Of a DNA stretch of 64,000 bases, positions 42,716 through 52,653 are shown piece by piece. The DNA comes from an uncultured delta proteobacterium (GTDB taxonomy: Bacteria > Desulfobacterota > Binatia > Binatales > Binataceae): positions 2,784,001-2,848,000 of the forward strand of contig CAWEEQ010000004.1 in NCBI GenBank assembly GCA_963808235.1. Direction: 5' to 3'. How positions within the stretch are numbered: position 1 is the first letter of the stretch; the number at the start of each line of letters is the position of its first letter. Both the position numbers and the translations under genes were made by a program. The notes below the pieces were generated by a model. The model was not told where the DNA came from and made no database searches. It saw only the letters and a program-made list of their open reading frames with translations.

Positions 42716-43543
42716 GTGAACCTGCAGACAAATGGTCAGCGCCGATTCACGGTGGTCGAGCTGCCGGTGTTTCCGATCGTTAAGGAATCGTTGTTGACGC
42801 CCTTCCGGTATCTGCCTGAGCTGGTGAAATTCGGCTGGATTCCGTTTGCGGCTATTCTGGCGATCGATCTCATCTGCTTTGGCCTGCTGCGTGAGGATGT
42901 TTCCAGAGGCGTGACCGGCGGTATGATGGCGATCTCACATTTCGTTTTGTTCACGCCGTTCTCTGTGGCATGGACGAAGCTCGCGATCAGAGGCCCTCAA
43001 GCGGTCGCGAAGCATCCGCAGTTCTTTTACTCGCGAACGCAATGGCTTTATCTGCTGGCATGCGCCGTGATGATGGCGGCGCTCCTGGTTCTCGCCGGAA
43101 TACCGTACGCCATCCTCCGCTACGGGCAGCGAAACTTTGACAACCAGGTCTCGCTGTTCGGAACGACAATTATGATGCTGGGACTTGGCATTTACGTTGT
43201 CGCATACGTCAGGCTGGCATTCGTTTTTCCTGCGATTGCGATCGGCAGGTACACCGGCATACGAAATGCTTGGAAGCAAACGGCGGGAAATATTGAGCGG
43301 CTCGCGGCAGTTCTGGTGCTCGCGTTCCTGCCCTACTTGATCATCCGTCAGGCGTTCGAATGGTACATGGGATACCATCCACCCGGCGTTGTCGAGGCGT
43401 TCCGGGGATGCATCGACATGCTGCTCATCGCGCTTGCGACGACAGCGCTCGCCGGCCCGGCGCTCGCTTACAAGGCGATAGTGCTCGACCAGCCTCAGGA
43501 TGAAGCCGCCGCGCAATCGATCAACGCCGCCCCGATAGCGTAG
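42716..43543 (+). CDS. Polytopic membrane protein, unknown function
   Basis: ~6 TM segments; RLAFVFPAIAI..AWKQTAGN pattern. Confidence 0.75.
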   Translation: MNLQTNGQRRFTVVELPVFPIVKESLLTPFRYLPELVKFGWIPFAAILAIDLICFGLLREDVSRGVTGGMMAISHFVLFTPFSVAWTKLAIRGPQAVAKHPQFFYSRTQWLYLLACAVMMAALLVLAGIPYAILRYGQRNFDNQVSLFGTTIMMLGLGIYVVAYVRLAFVFPAIAIGRYTGIRNAWKQTAGNIERLAAVLVLAFLPYLIIRQAFEWYMGYHPPGVVEAFRGCIDMLLIALATTALAGPALAYKAIVLDQPQDEAAAQSINAAPIA

Positions 43544-43545
43544 CG

Positions 43546-45639
43546 TCAGCCATTCCACCCGCGCTGCCGCAATGCGTCGAGCGCGACTCCAAGATTATTT
43601 TGTGTCTTCTTCCAGTCACCCGGTAACTTGTCCTTGGTCAACACGGTTAACGCCTGTCGATAATTATCGACCGCCTCTTTCAGATATTTGACTCCCGGCC
43701 CGCGCATCCCGAGTCCTGACAATGCATCGCCGAGATCGCTCTTGGCCCGTGCCCATTGGATCGGATCACTGTCTGGTTTGAATACCTCGAGCGCATCGTT
43801 GTAATTCTGAATCGCCTGCTCGAAGCACCAGGACTCGTTGCTGCTTTCGCCCATCTCGTCGAGCGCATTGCCGAGCGCGGCTTTCAACGTCGCCCACGCG
43901 ATCGGATTGCGGTCGCGCGGTTGCTCTTCGAGACTGGCCCGAAATGCTTTTGCAGCTTCCGGCGGATAGCTCGGGTTGGGTTGGAGATCATTGAGACTCA
44001 GGAGCTCGTTGCCAAGGACCGCCTGAGTACCCGCCCAGCGCCGTCGATCCCAAGCGCGCGGAAATCCGTCCAGTACCTGCCTGCTGATGGCGACCGACTC
44101 CTTAAGATCTTCGACATTTGAGCGAGCCCCGCCGAGTAACTGGAGGGCCTCCGCGAGTTGATTTTGAGCGTCTGCCCAGAGCATCGGATCCGATTGTTTT
44201 CGGTAAACTCTTAGCGCCTCTCTAAAAGCCGCAATCGCGTTCTCGTAACCACCTGCGTTGTCCTCGCGATCCGCCAGCTCGCCAAGCACAGATCCCAGCT
44301 GCGTTTGAGCCGCCGCCCAGCTCATCGAATTGAACTTGACGTCGAAGCCCTTCACTGCGGCGCGACAGTAGTCCGCGGCCCGACGCAGACTGTCAGTGCC
44401 CGCTTCATGATTTGCAATTTGCTGGAACGTACGTCCGAGCTGGAGTTGCACGGTCGCCGAATCGAGCGAATCGGAACGCGCTTGATACACCGCCAACGCA
44501 TTCTTGTATGCGGCCGCAGCCTCCTGCAGAGGCGGCAGTTGAAGATTGAGAGCCGAGAGTTGATTCAGAGCCGCGCCCAGGTTGAGCTCCGCCATCGCCC
44601 ACTCCAGCGGATCGCGTTCTCGCGTCCAACCTTCGTGCGCTCGCCGAAGGTAAGTGATGGCGTTATTCAAAGAATCTTCAGAGTTGAGTTCGAGTCCTGA
44701 GACCCTGCTCGCGATACCGATCGCCAGGTTCACGCGGGCGCGTGCGTCGGCCGTCCACGCGCCGCTCCTTCGAGGATCGTCGGCGAGCGCGCGAGTCTCG
44801 CGAATTATCGGTTCGAGCGCATCGCCAAATTTGAACATCCACTCGCGCATGGTGTCCGCGCTCTGCGTTGCTACGATCAAGCGGATCACCTTGACCAGAT
44901 CGTCCGGCGGCACCTCAGGCAGCTTGAAGTCAGATGGAAGATACACTCCGCCAAACTGCGGATCGGATCCGAATTTCGTTTCGTAGAGCGGCCCAACCGC
45001 CGGACGCGGTGCGCCGCCTGCCCCGCCCCAGATCAACGCCTCCACGCGGATGTTCGTCACCGAGTTGAGCGCATCGAGATGCGCGATCCCCTGCGGACGG
45101 CCGGAGACCGCGATCGTACGATTCAAAATAACCGGCGTGATGTGCAGTCTCGGATCGACATTCGATAGCGCGTCGCGCAGGCGTGCTTCAAACTGCAGGC
45201 CTTTGTCACCTTCGAAATGCGCGATCGCAAAGACGACGCGGATGCGCCACTTTTCGACGTCCGGGTATGGTGCCGACGCCTCTGCGACTTCGGGCGGGAG
45301 CTCGCGGAGCATGTTCGGGCCCTGAAGATAGATTGAAGCTTGCTGCAACAGGAGAAACGGCAGGCATAACAGGGCGGCAATACCGGCGATTCGCCGAACC
45401 GGCTTGTAGCGAAGCTTAAGCCGTCCAATCTGGACGCGTGCTCTTTGCCAGAAGGTAAGGCTCCACACGATCGTGGCGATCAATCCCGGAATTGCGGTTA
45501 CGATGACCAGGTCGATCACCAACCGCGAGCGCGGCAAGACGGCGACGATCACCAGCACGAGCACAAGCGCGGCCGCAAGTGAATCGGTAAGGTTCAGCCA
45601 CGGATACCGCTCGGACAAATACTGACGCGGGGTCTTCAT
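43546..45639 (-). CDS. Membrane-anchored TPR-like repeat protein
   Basis: 3 N-terminal TMs; ~46-aa WAxxxxNLGxAL repeats. Confidence 0.85.
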   Translation of the reverse strand: MKTPRQYLSERYPWLNLTDSLAAALVLVLVIVAVLPRSRLVIDLVIVTAIPGLIATIVWSLTFWQRARVQIGRLKLRYKPVRRIAGIAALLCLPFLLLQQASIYLQGPNMLRELPPEVAEASAPYPDVEKWRIRVVFAIAHFEGDKGLQFEARLRDALSNVDPRLHITPVILNRTIAVSGRPQGIAHLDALNSVTNIRVEALIWGGAGGAPRPAVGPLYETKFGSDPQFGGVYLPSDFKLPEVPPDDLVKVIRLIVATQSADTMREWMFKFGDALEPIIRETRALADDPRRSGAWTADARARVNLAIGIASRVSGLELNSEDSLNNAITYLRRAHEGWTRERDPLEWAMAELNLGAALNQLSALNLQLPPLQEAAAAYKNALAVYQARSDSLDSATVQLQLGRTFQQIANHEAGTDSLRRAADYCRAAVKGFDVKFNSMSWAAAQTQLGSVLGELADREDNAGGYENAIAAFREALRVYRKQSDPMLWADAQNQLAEALQLLGGARSNVEDLKESVAISRQVLDGFPRAWDRRRWAGTQAVLGNELLSLNDLQPNPSYPPEAAKAFRASLEEQPRDRNPIAWATLKAALGNALDEMGESSNESWCFEQAIQNYNDALEVFKPDSDPIQWARAKSDLGDALSGLGMRGPGVKYLKEAVDNYRQALTVLTKDKLPGDWKKTQNNLGVALDALRQRGWNG

Positions 45640-45702
45640 TCTGCGACGACGGCGGTCATATTAGCGCAATCGCCATCCGTAGCCGCAAGTTCAGCGGTCC
45701 CA

Positions 45703-45772
45703 GCGACGCGCAATTCGACACCCACGTGCGTCCCACGCCGCCAGGACAAGCAGTGAGTGAGGCACGAACTGG
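45703..45772 (-). repeat. Degenerate copy 4 of the promoter repeat
   Basis: AATTCGACACCCACGTGCGTCCCACGCC..GACAAGC..ACGAACT aligns by eye to copies 1-3. Confidence 0.5.
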
Positions 45773-45854
45773 CGCGACGAAGAAACGCGCGACATGAATA
45801 GGTCGCAGAAAGTCGAGCCCTCGTGCGGCTGCGATCGATCAAGCGCGGAGAACG

Positions 45855-45885
45855 CGAGCGCCTCCCTTTTGAAAGGAGGCGCTCA
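45855..45885 (-). terminator. Hairpin terminator of the 45910 gene (overlaps right boundary repeat 45837-45871)
   Basis: GAGCGCCTCC-loop-GGAGGCGCTC. Confidence 0.7.
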
Positions 45886-45909
45886 ACGATTCGGACGGGA
45901 AGACTATAG

Positions 45910-46251
45910 TTATCGGTTGTAGCAGCGGGATCGCGCCGCAGCAGCTTCCTCAGCTACGTCGTTAGCCGCAGCAGGATGCCCCGTTTGCCGATCATGCCAC
46001 ACTTGGGCCTGTAGTTGGCGTGCGCGTTCGCATGAAACCCGGTGGCCGCCATATTGATAGTATCCGTTATGCCAACCATGATTGGCGTAACCGTCGCGGT
46101 CGCCTTTATAATGATCCCACCACCAATCGACCGGCTGGATGTTATTTGAATATGCGCCGGAAGAAGGTTCCGCAAATGCGGGCGCGGTCATTGGCAGTGC
46201 CAGCATCGCGCCGCCTAACAAACCCATGATCAGCTTTCTTTTGAGTTTCAT
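45910..46251 (-). CDS. Exported hypothetical protein (Trp/His/Tyr-rich)
   Basis: AGGAG RBS; signal peptide ending AFA. Confidence 0.75.
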   Translation of the reverse strand: MKLKRKLIMGLLGGAMLALPMTAPAFAEPSSGAYSNNIQPVDWWWDHYKGDRDGYANHGWHNGYYQYGGHRVSCERARQLQAQVWHDRQTGHPAAANDVAEEAAAARSRCYNR

Positions 46252-46401
46252 GCGAGCTATCTCCTTCTCCTGAATACGAAGCATAGAAAATAGAACGTTT
46301 GCAAGACCACCAATTCTGAGACCCGAGGGCACCGGACTTTGATTCGGCCCGCCGGACACGATTGACAAGCGCGCTCGCGGACCACAAAGTTCTGAGAGCT
46401 T

Positions 46402-47424
46402 ATGCAAGTAGCCCGCCTATACGATTTCGGCGATATCCGAGTCGAGGAAAGCGCGCGTCCCCAAGTCGGCGCCACCGATATCCTCGTCCGCGCGAGCGCG
46501 TGCGGAATCTGCTCGGGCGACATCATGCCCTGGTATATCAAGCGCAAGGCGCCGCTGGTGCTCGGCCACGAACCGGTCGGCGTCGTCGAGGATACCGGCG
46601 CCTCGGTGCGCGGATTCAAGCGCGGCGATCGCGTTTTCGTTCATCATCACGCGCCATGCTTTCAGTGCCCGGCCTGCGCGCGCGGCGAATACGTGCAGTG
46701 CACGACCTGGCGCGCGACTAACATCGTCCCCGGCGGGATGGCAGAATTTTTCCTGGTCAGCGCCGCAAATCAGCGCGACACTTTGCCCCTCCCCGATTCA
46801 GTCGCCGACGCCGACGGCGTGCTGATCGAGCCCGCGGCATGCGTGGTCAAGTCGCTCAAGCGCTCGGGCCTGAAACCCGGCGAAACAATTCTCGTCATCG
46901 GGCTCGGCATCATGGGAATGATGCATGTGAAGCTCGCGCGCCATCTCGGCGCGGGAATGATAATCGGCGCCGATCTATTTCACTCGCGCGCCAATCGCGC
47001 GGTCGAGCTCGGCGCCGATCGCGGAATCGTAGTCGCCGGCGACAACCTCGTCGAGCAGCTTCGCGAAGTCACCAAGGGCGCGATGGCCGACGTTGTGATC
47101 GTCGGACCCGGCACCTCGAAAGCGATCGCGGCCGGGATCGCGTGCGCCGGCAAAGGCGCGACTGTCTTGCAATTCACCGCGACCCCGCCAGACGACGAGC
47201 TACTGGTGAAGCCGCACGATCTCTACTTCAACGAGACAAGGTTAGTCCCGAGCTACTCATGCGGACCGGATGAAACTCGTGAAGCGCTGTCGCTGGTCGA
47301 GCGCCGAGTTATCAACGCCGCCGAGCTCGTGACGCATCGCTTTCCACTGGCGCAAATCACCGAGGCATTCGCGACCGCGCAAAAGCCCGAATCGCTCAAA
47401 GTGATCGTCACGTTCAAGAGCTAA
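46402..47424 (+). CDS. Zn-dependent alcohol dehydrogenase (MDR family)
   Basis: CGICSGD, GHE, CxxCxxC..C, GLGIMG. Confidence 0.93.
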   Translation: MQVARLYDFGDIRVEESARPQVGATDILVRASACGICSGDIMPWYIKRKAPLVLGHEPVGVVEDTGASVRGFKRGDRVFVHHHAPCFQCPACARGEYVQCTTWRATNIVPGGMAEFFLVSAANQRDTLPLPDSVADADGVLIEPAACVVKSLKRSGLKPGETILVIGLGIMGMMHVKLARHLGAGMIIGADLFHSRANRAVELGADRGIVVAGDNLVEQLREVTKGAMADVVIVGPGTSKAIAAGIACAGKGATVLQFTATPPDDELLVKPHDLYFNETRLVPSYSCGPDETREALSLVERRVINAAELVTHRFPLAQITEAFATAQKPESLKVIVTFKS

Positions 47425-48700
47425 GATGTTCCGCGATGTACTCTAAGACCTCGTTCCACTGAATCGGATCGAGTCTGCCAAATTTGCTCCCGGTCCGCAC
47501 GATAACCACTTTCGCCTTTGGCGACACAGAGACGTACTGGCCCCACGCACCCCGCGCCGCGAAAGTATAATCGCCGTTGTCTGAGCTGTTGCCCCACCAG
47601 AAATATTTGTAGTAACCGCCATTGTCGCGAAATTCCGGATATGTCTCCCACGGCCGATTGTCGTTCGGATCTCTCGTAGTCGATTCGATCACCCACCGCT
47701 CCGGAATGATCTGCTTGCCGTTCCAGTTACCCTTGTTCAGAAAGAGTTGCCCGAACTTCGCAAAATCTATCGCCCTTGCATTCAGCAGCACATACATCAA
47801 CTCGAGGTCGTCCTGCTCGCTGTCGATACTCCAGGTCGCCGGATACTCCATGCCGATGGGCTTCCAGATTTTTTCCTGCAAATATTCGCTTGCGCTCCGA
47901 TGCGTCGCGCGTTTCAGAATCAGTCCAAGCAACTCGGTGTTGTAGTCGTTGTAGTGAAAGCTCTGCCCCGGCGGCTCGACGATCTCCAGGTCCGTGAGCA
48001 TCAGCTTCGACAGATCGGGATAGAAGTAGGAGACCGCTTCCTCCTCCCATGGAAGATTGTGAAGCCGGTATCGTATCCCCGATCCCATCGTCAAAAGATT
48101 CCTGATCGTAATCGAATCGAACCCCTGCCCCTTCAGCTCCGGTAGGTAGTTCATGATCGGATCGTCGACACTCTTGATGAAGCCCTCGCCGATCGCGATC
48201 CCGACCAGCGCCGACGTGAATGACTTCGCGATCGATCGCGAAACGCAGATCGAGTCGCGCTGATAGCCGTTGAAGTAGTTCTCGTAAAGAAGTTTTCCGT
48301 CGCGGATTACGATGAACGCGTGCGTCCCGCTCGTGCGCAAAAGCTCGTCGAGGTCGAGACTGACGCTTTTGTGCGTGTCACCATCTTCATATTCGACCGT
48401 CGTTGGGATCGAATTCGCGGCACCGGCAGGGAAATGAAAGGCGGGCGGCGCAGTCTCGATCGTATGGTAAGGGAAAAGTTTCCAATCGTCGGATTTTGAA
48501 AAACTGCTGCGAATCCCCCAGAAGACACAGCGGTAGAGGTAGAGAGGATCGAGCCACGGTGGCGCCGCGATAGCTCTGGAAGCCAACGTTAGACATGCGC
48601 CCACCACGAAAACGGCCGGCACAAGTTTCCGCGCAATGCTCACGGTCGGGAAGTCAGCATACCGAAGCGCCGCTGAGTAAATCAGCCGGCTCGCGAGCAC
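47414..48700 (-). CDS. Serine hydrolase (beta-lactamase-related)
   Basis: SIAK (SxxK), YND, LLTMGSG; true start probably ~48642. Confidence 0.88.
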   Translation of the reverse strand: MLASRLIYSAALRYADFPTVSIARKLVPAVFVVGACLTLASRAIAAPPWLDPLYLYRCVFWGIRSSFSKSDDWKLFPYHTIETAPPAFHFPAGAANSIPTTVEYEDGDTHKSVSLDLDELLRTSGTHAFIVIRDGKLLYENYFNGYQRDSICVSRSIAKSFTSALVGIAIGEGFIKSVDDPIMNYLPELKGQGFDSITIRNLLTMGSGIRYRLHNLPWEEEAVSYFYPDLSKLMLTDLEIVEPPGQSFHYNDYNTELLGLILKRATHRSASEYLQEKIWKPIGMEYPATWSIDSEQDDLELMYVLLNARAIDFAKFGQLFLNKGNWNGKQIIPERWVIESTTRDPNDNRPWETYPEFRDNGGYYKYFWWGNSSDNGDYTFAARGAWGQYVSVSPKAKVVIVRTGSKFGRLDPIQWNEVLEYIAEHLSS

Positions 48701-48714
48701 AGAGCCAAGTCAAA

Positions 48715-48745
48715 CGAGGGCGGCTGCATGCGCAACCGCCCTCGT
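48715..48745 (-). terminator. Hairpin terminator
   Basis: CGAGGGCGG..CCGCCCTCG after the lipoprotein gene. Confidence 0.6.
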
Positions 48746-48766
48746 GACTATCAAACCTGAGCGAAA

Positions 48767-49171
48767 TTACGGTGTTGCAGGAGCCGGTGCTGCCGGAGGC
48801 GGAGCGCCTGCATCTGCCGGCGGTGCTGATTCGGCCGGTGCGCTCTCAGCCGCTGCCGCTGCGCGATGATGACGTCGCACGTGATGCGGTGCGCTCGACA
48901 TCGTCTTCGACGCGATTGCTTCCGCGCGATCCGCGGCCGCCTTCGCATCGCTGGCCGCCTGCTCTACGCGGCTCGCTGCCGCCTGAGCCTGTGCCGCCGC
49001 CTGCGAGGATTTCTGGCTCGCTGCTTCCGCGCGAGCCGCAGCCCCGTCGGCGCGGTTCGCTGCGTTGACGGCGCGCTGCGCCGGGTCTGGCTCGTTCGAG
49101 GAGCATCCCGCGAGCAACGAAAGGGCCAACACAGCCCCGGCAAGTCCTACCAGTTTTGAAGATTTTCTCAT
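48767..49171 (-). CDS. Alanine-zipper (Lpp/OprI-like) lipoprotein
   Basis: Lipobox LAGC; Ala heptads; HHVRRHHR and Pro tail. Confidence 0.78.
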   Translation of the reverse strand: MRKSSKLVGLAGAVLALSLLAGCSSNEPDPAQRAVNAANRADGAAARAEAASQKSSQAAAQAQAAASRVEQAASDAKAAADRAEAIASKTMSSAPHHVRRHHRAAAAAESAPAESAPPADAGAPPPAAPAPATP

Positions 49172-49639
49172 GAACCCTTCCATTTTTTCCTCCTAAGGAA
49201 TGCGCGGGAGCACTCGTGTGTGCTGCATGAACTCCCGCATTGCGCGACTTTCAATTTGTCTCATAAACTCCCAGCGCTGCGCAAGTCTTGTAAGTAGCGA
49301 TTGCTACACCATGCACGCTCGATACATTAGCAGTGCCTATCTTCGATTTGGCTGCGACTGGTCATTGATGGACTCATAAAGTTGCTCGATCACAAAATCG
49401 TATCGGCTAGTTCACCCTGTATTGACAGTCCCAATTATACCTTCGACGAGGCTTCTCGTCCGCTCAAAATAATCGCCGCTAACTACTTGACAAGTCTGCA
49501 AAGTCACTATCTGCAGTTGACTAGTCAAGTATTTCGTCGATCGGCAACCAGGTTCCAATCAAACCCGCTTTTTTGTAACTCCTGGCACCGTAACAGCGCT
49601 TTTCTGAGCACATCGAATGCCAATGTGCTGCACTACGAA

Positions 49640-51343
<1,704 letters not shown>

Positions 51344-51371
51344 GTATATGAATCTCCGTTTCTGTAGATGT

Positions 51372-51428
51372 CGTTAAATCGTTACAGGTTAAAAGTTAAA
51401 AGAACGTTAGACGTTAAAACGTTAAAAA
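51372..51428 (+). repeat. GTTAAAA-type short tandem repeats (inverted set at 51612-51643)
   Basis: GTTAAAAGTTAAAA..GTTAAAACGTTAAAAAA vs TTTTGACTTTTTAACTTTTTAACTTTTTAC. Confidence 0.65.
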
Positions 51429-51646
51429 ATCGCCCGGGATTCGACCCCGTAATTCTCGCGCCACGGCATACGGGAACCGACTCGCGACAATACACGGGCT
51501 GACGCAAAGTTAAGCATCGATGCGCACAATGCAAGCGGATGCTCCCGACGATGCTATCTTTTCTGGAGCGGGCGCACCGTGCAAGAATAAGTTGAGAGTT
51601 GTTAGCGCTCGACTTTTGACTTTTTAACTTTTTAACTTTTTACTCG

Positions 51647-52123
51647 ATGTATCGGTCGGAGGCCATTTTGAAACTGCAAAGAATCAGCGGGCCGATTTCG
51701 GGCAATCGCCTCGGTGCCAAAATCGCGGCTGCTGCGATGCTTTGCTGCGCAGTCGCGATTCTTTCGGCTCGCGCATCTGCGGCGCCCGATACCGCCCGCG
51801 ACTCCTCCTGCCAATCCCATCGAGACCGCCAGATCGAAATCGCAATTGCACCAGCGACTCGCCTCGCTCAAGCCGAGAGCGACGACGACAGCGACGACAA
51901 GGAAATTCCGCCGAGCCAGGTCGACAAGTACATCAACGTGCAGGTGGCGATGCAAAAAGATCACAGCCTGACCGTCGAGCAAGCCGCCTCGAAACAAGGG
52001 ATGACGGTAGCGCAGTTCCGCACCCTGGAAGGAAAAATCGAACGCGACGACACCCTGCGCGAACGCGTCCGCACCGCGCTGAGAAAAGCCACCAACCCCA
52101 AAGCCGCCGACTCCGACCAATAG
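51647..52123 (+). CDS. Exported hypothetical protein (DUF4168-like helix pattern)
   Basis: Signal peptide; QGMTVAQFRTLEGKIERDDTLRERV. Confidence 0.65.
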   Translation: MYRSEAILKLQRISGPISGNRLGAKIAAAAMLCCAVAILSARASAAPDTARDSSCQSHRDRQIEIAIAPATRLAQAESDDDSDDKEIPPSQVDKYINVQVAMQKDHSLTVEQAASKQGMTVAQFRTLEGKIERDDTLRERVRTALRKATNPKAADSDQ

Positions 52124-52350
52124 GCGCACGGCCGTCGGACAGGGCGAGGCGAGAAAATCTGGGAGTTAGGATACCGAAACCTCCCGCAGGTTTCGGACTT
52201 CCCGTCTTGTCCACACAAGATGCGGCGCGAAGGCGCCTGTTAGAAGTTGTGAATGAGGAGCCTAGAGACTTACGTTGAGTGCAGGGGCAAGCATGTTCTC
52301 CTACTTTCCCTCGCCCGTTGTCGGGAGAGGGTCAGGGTGAGAGAAAACTG

Positions 52351-52575
52351 TGCGGCGCGATTGCCCGCCGCGCCGCGCATGATCTCTTTCCCCCTGCATC
52401 GACTCTATTACCGTCACCCCGATCGTCCCCCCGTCATCCTGAGCGAAGTCGAAGGATCTCCGCGAAGCGATGCTTTTTGTTTTCTTCAGGTCTCATCAGA
52501 TTCCCTTGCCCTATGTCGGGAGAGGGTTGGGTGAGGGACGTTTTTTTGCGGCGCAGATGTCCGGTGCGCTGCAAA
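52351..52575 (+). repeat. ~230-bp composite palindromic repeat, left arm
   Basis: Aligns along its length to the reverse complement of 55128-55376; contains CGTCATCCTGAGCGAAGTCGAAGGATCTC and GGGAGAGGGTTGGGTGAGGG. Confidence 0.85.
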
Positions 52576-52653
52576 GAAATCAGAAACTCCGCTCACCCTA
52601 CAACCGATGACGGAATCAGCTTCAACGCGATTTCCTAAAAGCGATTGGCCCTA

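Noticed and set aside
36281-45885. CRISPR array, integron or DGR interpretation
   Set aside because: Spacers are kilobases long; no cas, intI, attC pattern or reverse transcriptase; differences between RHS copies are not adenine-specific.
49582-49597. Sigma-54 motif TGGCACCGTAACAGCG
   Set aside because: Poor -12 element and oriented into the 3' end of groEL.
51595-51630. CIRCE element for groEL
   Set aside because: Only one half-site (TTAGCGCTC); no GAGTGCTAA at 9-bp spacing.
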